Shown here piece after piece: positions 45,717-55,523 of a DNA stretch of 64,000 nt. Position 1 is the first letter of the stretch. Each line of letters begins with the position of its first letter. This DNA is from a virus (taxonomy: Duplodnaviria > Caudoviricetes): positions 1 to 64,000 of the IMG/VR virus record IMGVR_UViG_3300027804_000038; one strand, written 5' to 3'. A model generated the notes under the pieces. The model was not told the DNA's origin. It saw only the letters and a list, made by a program, of their open reading frames with translations, and made no database searches. The translations under genes and the position numbers were made by a program.

Positions 45717-46646
45717 ATGAAAATTATTGTAACAGGAGGAGCAGGGTTTATTGGCTCAAGCTTCATTAATTATTTAAAAGAAAACTACACATGTGATATT
45801 TTATGTGTAGATAAGTTAACTTATTGTGCTAACAAGGATAATATAAAATATCCTGTGGAATTTTTGGAAAAGGATATTTGTGATGTTACATCCGAAGATT
45901 TAGGAGATTTCGACTACATTGTTAATTTTGCAGCTGAGACACACGTTGATAACTCAATATCTGACGGTAAACCATTTATTAAATCAAATGTTGAGGGAGT
46001 ATTTAATCTAATCGAGATATCAAGGAAAAATTCAAATCTTAAAAAATTTATCCAAATTTCAACGGACGAAGTTTATGGTGACATGTCCGATTACGGTGTT
46101 GGGGTATTATCTACTGAAGAATTTGATTTAAAACCTAGCTCATATTATTCAGCATCAAAGGCATCTGCTGACTTTTTAGTACAGTCTGCTAATAGAACTT
46201 ATGGATTACCTTACCTAATAACAAGAACATGTAATAATTTTGGTGAGCATCAATTCCATGAAAAATTTCTACCTAAAATTCATAGATGTATTCAGGAAGA
46301 AACAAAAATACCTTTATATGGTGATGGGTCACATGTTAGGGAATGGATACATGTTAAGGATAATGTTAAATTTATTGCGTTATTAATGTTTAACAATAAC
46401 GTAATAAACGAAGTGGTTAATATCGGCTCTGGAATTAAGTATTCAAATAGAAGAATAATTGAAATAATTGGAGAAAATCTATTTCCAAAATACCCTAAAT
46501 TTGAATATGTTCCTGATAGACTTGGACATGATAAAGTTTACTCATTAAATTCATCAAAATTAAAAAACATATTAAAAGAAATGGGAGAATCATATACCAT
46601 TTACCATATATTACATTATTTTTATGATTTGTATGGTGAAAAGTAA
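45717..46646 (+). CDS. rmlB: dTDP-glucose 4,6-dehydratase
   Basis: VTGGAGFIGS, DKLTY, FAAETHVDNS, STDEVYG, YSASKAS. Confidence 0.95.
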   Translation: MKIIVTGGAGFIGSSFINYLKENYTCDILCVDKLTYCANKDNIKYPVEFLEKDICDVTSEDLGDFDYIVNFAAETHVDNSISDGKPFIKSNVEGVFNLIEISRKNSNLKKFIQISTDEVYGDMSDYGVGVLSTEEFDLKPSSYYSASKASADFLVQSANRTYGLPYLITRTCNNFGEHQFHEKFLPKIHRCIQEETKIPLYGDGSHVREWIHVKDNVKFIALLMFNNNVINEVVNIGSGIKYSNRRIIEIIGENLFPKYPKFEYVPDRLGHDKVYSLNSSKLKNILKEMGESYTIYHILHYFYDLYGEK

Positions 46647-46744
46647 AATTTGTCGATATTATTAAAAAATAAAGGGACATTAGTCCCTTTTTATTTTTTT
46701 TAATATTTATAAAACAGTTAACTAAATTATCTAATCTAACGAAT

Positions 46745-47362
46745 GTGGGAGAACAATTAATTATCACCATAATAACGTCAATAACTTCAATATTTGTGGC
46801 GTTAATAACTGCGGGAGTTTTCAGAAAAATAATGGATAAGAAAAAAGATGAAAACTCAAAGAAAAGACTAATAAAGCAAATTGAAAAAGATGAATTAATT
46901 CATTTTACATTAAGGGAAGTAAGAAGAAAATATAACGCAGATAGATTATATTTGATACAATTCCATAATGGTGGAAGTTTCTACACCAACTCACCAATGC
47001 AAAAAGCTTCGGTAACATATGAAAGATGTTCTGATGGGTTAGAAAGAGTATCTGAAAAACTACAAAATATTTTTGTTAGTCACTACACATGGTTCATTAA
47101 ACATTCAATAGACAAACAAATGTTTTATTTAAATTGTGAAGATATTGAAGATGTTACAACTAAGGCATTATTAAGAAAATTTGGGACCCAATCAACCGCT
47201 TCTTTACCAATATATGACAATAATAATCAACTAATTTCAATTATGGTATTAGATTGGGTTTTTAGTGAGATTGGGGAACATTATATTGATAATGATAATT
47301 TCAATCAACACTTTATTGAAGAATTTATATTAGATGTTGATTCAGTAAAAAATCTATTATAA
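46745..47362 (+). CDS. N-terminal TM plus GAF-like domain protein
   Basis: ADRLYLIQFHNG...LRKFGTQSTASLPIY; GTG start. Confidence 0.6.
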   Translation: MGEQLIITIITSITSIFVALITAGVFRKIMDKKKDENSKKRLIKQIEKDELIHFTLREVRRKYNADRLYLIQFHNGGSFYTNSPMQKASVTYERCSDGLERVSEKLQNIFVSHYTWFIKHSIDKQMFYLNCEDIEDVTTKALLRKFGTQSTASLPIYDNNNQLISIMVLDWVFSEIGEHYIDNDNFNQHFIEEFILDVDSVKNLL

Positions 47363-48115
47363 AAATCCGTTACTCATTCTTCCACTGTGTGATGAAATCC
47401 CATAAAGTTTTTCATTGGTCATAGATACTAGTATTGTTTCTCCCTCGCTAGCATTTTGAGCCCTTTCAGATGACACTCTATCGTCATCAGAACTTAATAA
47501 TATTGTTAAAGGGTCTTTTGTTATTTGATTAAGTAAACGACTACCAATTTCGTGGTCAACTTCTACAAGTTCAATTTGTTGGAATAGTTTATTATTAACA
47601 CTGGCGTATTCGTATATTGTTACTTCGTATGTATCATAATCTTCTATTTCTCCAGTTCCATCACATGTTTCACAATCAACTGTCCCTGTGCCGTCACACC
47701 ATTTACATGACAATGTACCGTCTCCATCACACTCACCACAAGAATCTCCATCTTCATCTTCACCAGTCCCATCACATGTGTTACAATCAGATTGACCGTT
47801 ATTACAATCGTGACAATCTTCACTTCCTTGTCCATAACAATCATCACATTCATCACTTGTAAAATTAGTATTTACCTCCATAGTTTTAAATGCGAATATA
47901 TTTGATTCTACAAATTTTAATGCGGATACAGGTTCTTTACCTAAATTAATTAGATAAGTTAAAAAACATAATTTAAGAGAATTAAAAGGTCCGAGTCCTT
48001 GAACCATTTGTTTACCAAAAGAATCATGGATTAAATAATTATATATGTCATCTGGAGTTTTTCCTCGAAATTTATTATCTGCGAATTTTTTTGATAAACT
48101 TATTATTTTTTCCAT
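47357..48115 (-). CDS. Protein with DnaJ-type zinc-finger repeats
   Basis: Six CxxCxGxG-like motifs (CDDCYGQG, CHDCNNGQ, CNTCDGTG, CGECDGDG, CKWCDGTG, CETCDGTG); no J-domain. Confidence 0.8.
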   Translation of the reverse strand: MEKIISLSKKFADNKFRGKTPDDIYNYLIHDSFGKQMVQGLGPFNSLKLCFLTYLINLGKEPVSALKFVESNIFAFKTMEVNTNFTSDECDDCYGQGSEDCHDCNNGQSDCNTCDGTGEDEDGDSCGECDGDGTLSCKWCDGTGTVDCETCDGTGEIEDYDTYEVTIYEYASVNNKLFQQIELVEVDHEIGSRLLNQITKDPLTILLSSDDDRVSSERAQNASEGETILVSMTNEKLYGISSHSGRMSNGFL

Positions 48116-48147
48116 AGTATTTATATGATAAATATTAATTCATACAA

Positions 48148-49728
48148 ATGAATAATAAAAAAGTTTTAAACGAAATTAATAGAAATCGTAAAATCATGGG
48201 ATTAGATTTGATAGAATCGTCTAATGAGAATGCGAATTCATTTAGAAATCATTTAAGTGGTTTAGGATATAAATCAAAATCTAACATGGATGATGGGGGT
48301 GATTTAAATCCAAAATTCACTTCTTATATTAAATTAGTATCTTCCGAATTAAAAAAACAATTACCTGATTTAAAATTTATTTTTGGTGCAGGACATGACA
48401 AATGGCACAAAAAATTCGGTAAATCTAGACATAATGATGGCAGAGCAATTGATATTACAATATTAAAGAACGGAGATAAATATGTTTCAGAAAAAGATAA
48501 AGATATTCTTGACGCAGTATCAATGGTACTATGTAAAATGAGAAAAAATCTTATCGGATTTACTTTTATAGATGAATACAGATTCCCAAGTGCTGGCTCC
48601 ACTGGAGGACACTACCACCTTTCTTTTTCAGAGAATAATAAAGATGAACACACATCTACACCAAAATTTTGTGGGACTCTAAAATTAGATTCTAAATTTA
48701 AATTTGATTTTGGTAAAGATACTGATAAGACCGAAAGAAAAAAAGAAAAAGAAACGTCAGAACCAAGTGTAATAGACAAACTATTGGATACTTTTGGATT
48801 AAAAGAACTTTCAGATGTTGACACCGATAATCCCGACACTTTCATAAATAAAGTTAAAGATGTTTTTGGCGACGATAGTGTTGAGGATGATAATGGTGAT
48901 TTTACAATTTTGGGTATTGGGTTAGAAGATATGGTATCTGCGGCTAAAAAACTATTTGGAGAAAGTGTTAATAATAGAAAAATATTAACCGAGAAAGAGT
49001 CTAAAGTTTTAAATAAATTTAGCGGTGATATCCAAAACGGACCAAAATACCATGGGTCAAGACCTTTAGGAAATTGGCAATCAGATAATGCTTGGGATTT
49101 ATTTGCCCCTGCAAACACACAGTGGAATTCAATAACTAAAGGTAAAGTCACTAAAGTCTATAATACAGGTAAAAAGATAGGAAAGATATATGGTACACAA
49201 GTTTCTGTCCAAGGAATGGATGGGTTTCCTGATATATTTTATACTCACTTGAAAGATGTTACAGTAGAACCTGGAGACATTGTAGATATTGGAACACCAG
49301 TTGGTAAAGTGTCTGAATGGGGGTTGAGTAAATCAACTCATGTTCACGTAGGACTTCCATATGGCGAGCATATTCAAGACTTATTATCTTCAGACTATAA
49401 TAAACCTAAAGGTGGGTCAGGTTCATTTTTTGACTTTAGTAAAGATGAGGATGAAACTAAGACAACTAAAAAAGAGCCTGATTTAATTGATAAATTATTA
49501 GATACTTTTGGTATTAAATCAATTTCGGATATTGAAACTGAGAAAGATTCTGAAGATTTTGCAAACAAAGTCTCTACTGTTTTTGGGGATGACAAAGTTT
49601 CAAAGAAAGATGATAATAGTTTTGAAATATTTGGATATAGTTTAGACGAATTAATCGATAAAGCCAAATCTTTGTTTGAACAAAGATTAAATGAAGAAAT
49701 AAATAAAATGAAAAAACCCCTTAAATAA
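48148..49728 (+). CDS. Two-domain peptidoglycan peptidase: M15-like plus M23-like
   Basis: SRHNDGRAID...GHYHLS; WDLFAP...YTHL...HVHVG; duplicated DKLLDTFG linker. Confidence 0.75.
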   Translation: MNNKKVLNEINRNRKIMGLDLIESSNENANSFRNHLSGLGYKSKSNMDDGGDLNPKFTSYIKLVSSELKKQLPDLKFIFGAGHDKWHKKFGKSRHNDGRAIDITILKNGDKYVSEKDKDILDAVSMVLCKMRKNLIGFTFIDEYRFPSAGSTGGHYHLSFSENNKDEHTSTPKFCGTLKLDSKFKFDFGKDTDKTERKKEKETSEPSVIDKLLDTFGLKELSDVDTDNPDTFINKVKDVFGDDSVEDDNGDFTILGIGLEDMVSAAKKLFGESVNNRKILTEKESKVLNKFSGDIQNGPKYHGSRPLGNWQSDNAWDLFAPANTQWNSITKGKVTKVYNTGKKIGKIYGTQVSVQGMDGFPDIFYTHLKDVTVEPGDIVDIGTPVGKVSEWGLSKSTHVHVGLPYGEHIQDLLSSDYNKPKGGSGSFFDFSKDEDETKTTKKEPDLIDKLLDTFGIKSISDIETEKDSEDFANKVSTVFGDDKVSKKDDNSFEIFGYSLDELIDKAKSLFEQRLNEEINKMKKPLK

Positions 49729-49737
49729 GGGGTTTTT
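49711..49737. terminator. Bidirectional intrinsic terminator
   Basis: AAAAAACCCCTTAAATAAGGGGTTTTT between the peptidase gene and the tmRNA. Confidence 0.8.
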
Positions 49738-49740
49738 AAT

Positions 49741-50133
49741 TGGTGGAGATGCTGGGGCTCGAACCCAGGTCCAAAAAAGTTTACCATAAAACACTACACG
49801 TTTAGGTCATTGTTTTTCTAAACAATCCGAAACTTCACAATTCCCTTATTTTATAGTGGTTCGGTTTACTGAGAACTAATCTTCCACTTGTTTCTTTTCG
49901 GGTAGAAACCACACCTTTGTAAAGACTTCTGTTGCAAGGTTATATGTCCACCGACCCCTTAGTAGGTTAATCCCAGATTAAGCTACAGATACTTCTTCAG
50001 TACGGATAAGACCGATAGTCTGAAGTTTGTTGATAACGTTGCCGTTTATAGTTCAAGCCAGTTATACAGGGTTAGCTTAGCCCCGACATGCGTTTTATGA
50101 CAAATCATCTCTGTCAAATCCAAAAACATCCCC
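49741..50133 (-). ncRNA. ssrA: tmRNA (393 nt); predicted tag (A)GNVINKLQTIGLIRTEEVSVA at 50043-49978
   Basis: 5' GGGGATGTTTTTGGATTTGAC; 3' GGGTTCGAGCCCCAGCATCTCCACCA; tag ORF preceded by ATAAAC. Confidence 0.9.
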
Positions 50134-50208
50134 AAATATCAAAGAACTACGTTACAAAGATATAAATAGTTTAATGATGTTACAAGTATTTATAAAAAAA
50201 ACTTTTTA

Positions 50209-51270
50209 ATGTCTTTATATAAAGCTCTTATAGAATTCCGTGATAATGAAACAAACCCTGTTTGGGTTAAAGAAGCAGATTACGATGGAATTATAACCAT
50301 AAAAAAAGTATCAAGTAAAAGTAGAGGAAAATCTTTGGTGATATTAAAATTTTCAGGTAATGAATACTTTGATTTATTTAGACCTGGAGATGACGGGTAT
50401 ACTAATAATGATTATTTGTTTAGTGTTGTATTTGATAGGTATTATAGATATGACTATGTTTTTATGGACTCATACAGTTCTGACGAAGAATTTAGATATG
50501 GTGGAATATATCATCTAAATGATGTTAATTTATCAATGTTAAAAGAATGTGTATTAATTATGAATCCTTCATTTGATAAAACAACACAAGACTTAGAATT
50601 TTGGGCTCTTGAATTTATTAAATTGTTTGAGTCTGAGTCCGACGAGATTGGTGCAGATTACATTAATGAGTATGACGAAGCATTGGTTACAGGTTTAAAA
50701 GAATATCTTTTGCAAAAAGTATGTGGAGTATTTGATACTTATGGTATTTTTGAAAGTAAATGTGGTTATGAATATTTTACAACAGTTAATGATATTATTA
50801 AAATTTGGGATGAATCTGGTGCTAACGAAAACGATAAGTTTCTTGATATGATTAAAAAATTTATTAAAAATAAAGATTTAGAAATTGATGATGATTTGTT
50901 TGAAGACTATCACTCATATTTTGATAGTAGAAATTTTGATTCGGATGCGTACAATAGAAATTCTGAAAGGATTTTAGACTCATTAAAAGATAGACTTTTG
51001 GAGGAAGATGAATTAGGGTTTATTGAAAAAAATAGAGAGATTTTAAGATTTTTAGATAAATTAGGAATTAAGGTAGATACGTTTCATAGTTTCCCAAAAG
51101 AAAAATCATTTGGTTCAAAATACGGTAAAATATTTAGGGTTAGAAAAATTGAAAACGGGTTACTTACCGTTCAAATAAAAAAACAAGGAGGGAATTATGA
51201 AACAGAACAATTTAAAATACCTCTTGATGAATTTAAAAAATTATTATATAATCCTGAATTATTTGACTAA
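50209..51270 (+). CDS. Acidic hypothetical protein
   Basis: 353 aa. Confidence 0.8.
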   Translation: MSLYKALIEFRDNETNPVWVKEADYDGIITIKKVSSKSRGKSLVILKFSGNEYFDLFRPGDDGYTNNDYLFSVVFDRYYRYDYVFMDSYSSDEEFRYGGIYHLNDVNLSMLKECVLIMNPSFDKTTQDLEFWALEFIKLFESESDEIGADYINEYDEALVTGLKEYLLQKVCGVFDTYGIFESKCGYEYFTTVNDIIKIWDESGANENDKFLDMIKKFIKNKDLEIDDDLFEDYHSYFDSRNFDSDAYNRNSERILDSLKDRLLEEDELGFIEKNREILRFLDKLGIKVDTFHSFPKEKSFGSKYGKIFRVRKIENGLLTVQIKKQGGNYETEQFKIPLDEFKKLLYNPELFD

Positions 51271-51302
51271 TTTTTACTATATTTGTAGGATAATTAAAAA
51301 AA

Positions 51303-52115
51303 ATGAAAAATTTAGATTTCTTTAAAAGACTTTTATCGGTACCAACACACACTTATCAGGAAGATAAAATGATTGATTTCTTGTCTGAACATTTAAAAAA
51401 TCGTGGATACGACTTTTTTATTGATGACATGGGTTCAATTTATGTAACCAAAGGAGAATTATCTGAAGGCGAATATTACCCATGTGTTGTTTCACATACC
51501 GACACAGTACATAAATTAGACACAATTAATGTAATTGAAGAAATTCTACCAAATTCGAAGGGAGAAGATTCCTTATGTTTAAAGGCCTATAACGATTTTG
51601 ACGAACCAACTGGTATTGGTGGTGATGATAAAAATGGTGTATTCGCTTGTCTTGAAATATTGGATAAATTTGAAGTTATTAAAGCTGCCTTTTTTGTGTC
51701 TGAAGAAACTGGATGTCACGGCTCAAAAAATGCCAATGACGAATTTTTTGAAAATGTTGGTTACGTTATAGAGTTTGATGCCCCTTCTGATTACATGGTT
51801 ACTGAGTATTGTTACGGTGTGAAAATGTTTGAGAAAGAGTCTGAATTTTTTAAAACTGCTGACAAAATCCTAAATGAATGTATGTTGTCCGAACCAAAAT
51901 ATATGGTTCATCCTTATACAGATGTGTTCGCATTAAAGAAAAAATATGATTTCGCATGTATTAATTTTTCAATCGGATATCATAACTATCACACTAAAAA
52001 TGAATACGTTTGTATTGAAGAAGTTGAGGCAGGAATTAAAGCTGGTGAAAATCTAATCTCTTCCCTTGGCAAGGTTAAGCATATAATGAATCATCCTTCG
52101 ATGATTAACTTTTAA
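51303..52115 (+). CDS. M20/M28-family Zn peptidase
   Basis: SHTDTVH, GGDDKNG, SEETG, IEFD, GYHNYH; TATATTTG at 51278-51285. Confidence 0.85.
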   Translation: MKNLDFFKRLLSVPTHTYQEDKMIDFLSEHLKNRGYDFFIDDMGSIYVTKGELSEGEYYPCVVSHTDTVHKLDTINVIEEILPNSKGEDSLCLKAYNDFDEPTGIGGDDKNGVFACLEILDKFEVIKAAFFVSEETGCHGSKNANDEFFENVGYVIEFDAPSDYMVTEYCYGVKMFEKESEFFKTADKILNECMLSEPKYMVHPYTDVFALKKKYDFACINFSIGYHNYHTKNEYVCIEEVEAGIKAGENLISSLGKVKHIMNHPSMINF

Positions 52116-52144
52116 AAAAAAAGGGGGATTTATTCCCCCTTTTT
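52114..52144. terminator. Bidirectional intrinsic terminator
   Basis: A-tract, GGGGG...CCCCC hairpin, T-tract between convergent genes. Confidence 0.7.
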
Positions 52145-54175
52145 CTTTCTTACCCTTGGTTTCTTTTCTGACGTTATTTCTTCATACAAAACAGATTCAC
52201 CATCTATTTTTATTAAATATTTTTTGTCAGTAACTATATTTGTTTTTAAAACTTCATCCGATATAAAATCTTCAATTTTTTCTTGTATTGCTCGTTTCAG
52301 AGGTCTGGCACCATAAACCTCATCAAAACCGACTTTAGAAATAAATTCAATAACACTCTCATCAAACTCTACAAAATATTTGATGAGTTCTAATCTAGAT
52401 TTAAGTTTATCAATCTCAACATTAACAATTTTCTTAACATCTTCATCTTTTAAAGTATTGAAAACAATAACTTCATCAATCCTGTTAATAAATTCAGGTG
52501 CAAAATAATTTTTAAGTTCTTTAGTTAACATTGATTTTTTAACTTCTTGGTCAGTGTAAACATTATTTGTTTTACCAAACCCAATACCTGCACCAAAATC
52601 TTGCATTTTCTTCACCCCAATATTTGATGTCATAATTATTAGACAGTTTTTAAAATTAATTTTTCTTCCAAAACTATCTGTCATATATCCTTCATCTAAG
52701 AGTTGTAAAAGAGATGAAAAAATATCTTTATGGGCCTTTTCAATTTCATCAAATAATACTACAGAATAAGGTTTAGTCTTAACCTGTTCGGTAAGTTGAC
52801 CTCCTTCTTCATAGCCGACATAACCTGGAGGTGAACCAATTAGTCTTGAAACTGAATGTTTCTCTTGAAACTCACTCATGTCAACTCTTATTAGATTCTC
52901 GTCACTTCCAAATATTTGTTTAGCAAGTTCTTTAGCCAATAAGGTCTTACCGACACCAGTCGACCCTAAAAATATAAACGAACCAATTGGTTTGTTAGGG
53001 TCTTTAATACCTAATCTATTTCTACGTATTGACTTTGCAATTATTGTGATTGCTTCGGATTGACCAATAACCGAATTAGTTAAAGTTTCTTCCAAGTTAA
53101 TCAACGCTCTTGAGTCGTCAACTGAAAGTTTTGTAATTGGTATTTTAGTCATATTTGATACAACTTCATAAACTAAATCAATTACAATTGACTGTCTTTT
53201 TGTTTTTAATTCCTCCTCAAATTTTTGTTTTTCAGATTCTAATTGGCTTAGAATCTTTTTTTCTCTGTCTCTTAGTTGTGCGGCCATTTCATAATTTTGT
53301 TTTTTCACAACCAAAAGTTTGTCTTCTCGTATTTTAGCCGACTCTCTTTTTAGTTCGTCGATAATCTCAGGATGTTTAACATCAACTTGAGCTCTCGCAC
53401 CTACTTCATCTAAAATATCAAATGCTTTATCAGGGAACTCTCTATCAGTAATGTATCTATCGGCCAATTCAACACATGTTGATAGGATTTCATCAGTATA
53501 CGTTACTTTATGATGATTTTCATATTTTTCTTTAACATTCTTTAGTATTTGTAGAGTTTCTTCTTTTGTTGAAGGTGAAACAATAACTTTTTGAAACCTT
53601 CTATCTAACGCCCCATCCTTTTCTATATTTTTTTTAAACTCATCTAAGGTAGTTGCTCCAATACATTGAATTTCTCCTCTTGATAGTGCGGGTTTCAATA
53701 TATTAGATGCGTCTAACGAACCCGAAGCGTTACCCGCCCCAACTAAAGTGTGAATTTCATCGATAAAAAGTATAACATCTGGACTATTCTGTATTTCTTC
53801 CAAGATAACCTTTAACCTTTCTTCAAATTGACCACGGTATTTTGTTCCTGCAACTATTGAGTTTAAATCTAAAGATAAAATTCTTTTGTCAACTAAACTT
53901 CTAGGACAATCCCCATCAAAAATTTTCATGGCCAAACCTTCAACTATTGCTGTCTTACCACAACCAGGTTCTCCTATTATAATTGGATTATTTTTTTTCC
54001 TTCTCGATAAAATTTGAGCAATTCTTAGAATTTCGGACTCTCTGCCAACTACAGGGTCTAACTTACCTTCCTCAGCGAGTTTAATTAAATCTCTAGAAAA
54101 ATTATCTAAAACAGGAGTTTTCGATTCCGTTGATTTTGGTCTTTCTTTTTTTCCTTCGTCCATTGAATCTGTCAT
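52130..54175 (-). CDS. clpC: ClpC/ClpB-family AAA+ unfoldase lacking the N-terminal repeat domain
   Basis: GEPGCGKT, FIDEIH, UVR-like NYEMAAQLRDRE, GSTGVGKT, FDEIEKAH, GARPLKR. Confidence 0.9.
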   Translation of the reverse strand: MTDSMDEGKKERPKSTESKTPVLDNFSRDLIKLAEEGKLDPVVGRESEILRIAQILSRRKKNNPIIIGEPGCGKTAIVEGLAMKIFDGDCPRSLVDKRILSLDLNSIVAGTKYRGQFEERLKVILEEIQNSPDVILFIDEIHTLVGAGNASGSLDASNILKPALSRGEIQCIGATTLDEFKKNIEKDGALDRRFQKVIVSPSTKEETLQILKNVKEKYENHHKVTYTDEILSTCVELADRYITDREFPDKAFDILDEVGARAQVDVKHPEIIDELKRESAKIREDKLLVVKKQNYEMAAQLRDREKKILSQLESEKQKFEEELKTKRQSIVIDLVYEVVSNMTKIPITKLSVDDSRALINLEETLTNSVIGQSEAITIIAKSIRRNRLGIKDPNKPIGSFIFLGSTGVGKTLLAKELAKQIFGSDENLIRVDMSEFQEKHSVSRLIGSPPGYVGYEEGGQLTEQVKTKPYSVVLFDEIEKAHKDIFSSLLQLLDEGYMTDSFGRKINFKNCLIIMTSNIGVKKMQDFGAGIGFGKTNNVYTDQEVKKSMLTKELKNYFAPEFINRIDEVIVFNTLKDEDVKKIVNVEIDKLKSRLELIKYFVEFDESVIEFISKVGFDEVYGARPLKRAIQEKIEDFISDEVLKTNIVTDKKYLIKIDGESVLYEEITSEKKPRVRKKKGE

Positions 54176-54277
54176 AATGTAATATTTTTAATAAATTTAA
54201 TCACAACATTAGATTATTTCAATAGAATTTTAAATTCATATTAGTTACTTTTTATTATAAAATTTTATTAATTAGAT

Positions 54278-54520
54278 ATGGCAATACTAAGTGAAACAAT
54301 TAACGGAACAAAAATTATTAACAAAATTGAGTCTTCAAATTTGGCTGAAACTGAATATGATACATCAACTAAAAAACTTGTAGTCGAGTTTAAAAATGGT
54401 CATAAATATGAATATGACGATGTACCTCATCAGTTGTACACTCAGTTTAGATTATCTGAATCTCATGGAAGTTTTTTTAATAAAAATATTGCAAAAACTT
54501 ACAAATATAAAAAGTTATAA
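54278..54520 (+). CDS. KTSC-domain protein
   Basis: IESSNL...YD...LVVEFKNG..YEYDDVP...SHGSFFNKNI. Confidence 0.85.
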   Translation: MAILSETINGTKIINKIESSNLAETEYDTSTKKLVVEFKNGHKYEYDDVPHQLYTQFRLSESHGSFFNKNIAKTYKYKKL

Positions 54521-54540
54521 TTTTTGAAGTATTTATTATC

Positions 54541-55263
54541 GTGAGTGATAATAACATAATTAAAAGTTTTTTTTCTAAAGAATCTCTAAACTCTCAGATT
54601 TGGGATAAAGATGATTTGCTCAATCAAGAAGTTAGAGTTAAGCTTTTGGAAATTTCTAACGAATTTATTAATTTTTTATCAGTACCAATAGTTGTTGAAG
54701 ATATTATATTTACTGGTTCTTTAGCAAATTATAATTGGAGCGAATACTCGGATATTGATTTACATATTGTTGCTGATTTTTCTCAGTTTCCCGAAGATAT
54801 TTTAGAGTTATACCAAGAGTTATTTAAAGTAAAAAAAACAATTTTTAATACTGAACATAATATCAAAATATATGAGTATGAGGTTGAACTTTATGTTCAA
54901 AATGCATCAGAAGCTCATTTTAGTACAGGTGTTTATTCTGTTTTATATGATAAGTGGTTAGAAAAACCTAAAAAAGAAAAAAATAAATTAGACACTGAAA
55001 TACTAAAAGAAAAAATATCTCATTGGATGTCTATTATAGATACCGTTCTAAAAAATGCTGATGAATCTTCAATTGAAGAGTCTAAAGATTATATAAAAAA
55101 ATTAAAAGATAAGATTAAAAAGTATCGTTCATCTGGTCTAAAAGAAGGTGGTGAATACTCTTATGAAAATTTAGTTTTTAAATATTTGAGACGAAACGGA
55201 TACCTTGATAAGTTATTTAATTTTGAAAAAAAGATTGTCGATAAAGAACTATCTTTAAAGTAA
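54541..55263 (+). CDS. Pol-beta superfamily nucleotidyltransferase
   Basis: FTGSLANY...SDIDLH...EVELYVQ. Confidence 0.75.
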   Translation: MSDNNIIKSFFSKESLNSQIWDKDDLLNQEVRVKLLEISNEFINFLSVPIVVEDIIFTGSLANYNWSEYSDIDLHIVADFSQFPEDILELYQELFKVKKTIFNTEHNIKIYEYEVELYVQNASEAHFSTGVYSVLYDKWLEKPKKEKNKLDTEILKEKISHWMSIIDTVLKNADESSIEESKDYIKKLKDKIKKYRSSGLKEGGEYSYENLVFKYLRRNGYLDKLFNFEKKIVDKELSLK

Positions 55264-55331
55264 GTTTTCAATTTAATCAATTAAAATTAAAAAAACATAA
55301 ATATTCGTATATTTATTAGGAAAAAACTGCT

Positions 55332-55508
55332 ATGGCACAAACATCTGCTGGAACTTATACATATGTTGTAATAAATGCTTCTTCAGGAACATGTGGAAGT
55401 TGTACTTCAACATTACAACCTCACCCAACATATTCTGATTTAACAGGTGGTACAGTAGTACAGTTGCAAGCAATCACCTTAGGTGGATTTAACGGATTAA
55501 ACAATTAA
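55332..55508 (+). CDS. 58-aa small protein (not in ORF track), probably structural
   Basis: MAQTSAGTYTYVVINASSGTCGSCTSTLQPHPTYSDLTGGTVVQLQAITLGGFNGLNN; TATTTAT upstream. Confidence 0.65.
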   Translation: MAQTSAGTYTYVVINASSGTCGSCTSTLQPHPTYSDLTGGTVVQLQAITLGGFNGLNN

Positions 55509-55523
55509 TTAAAAGATAAAAAA

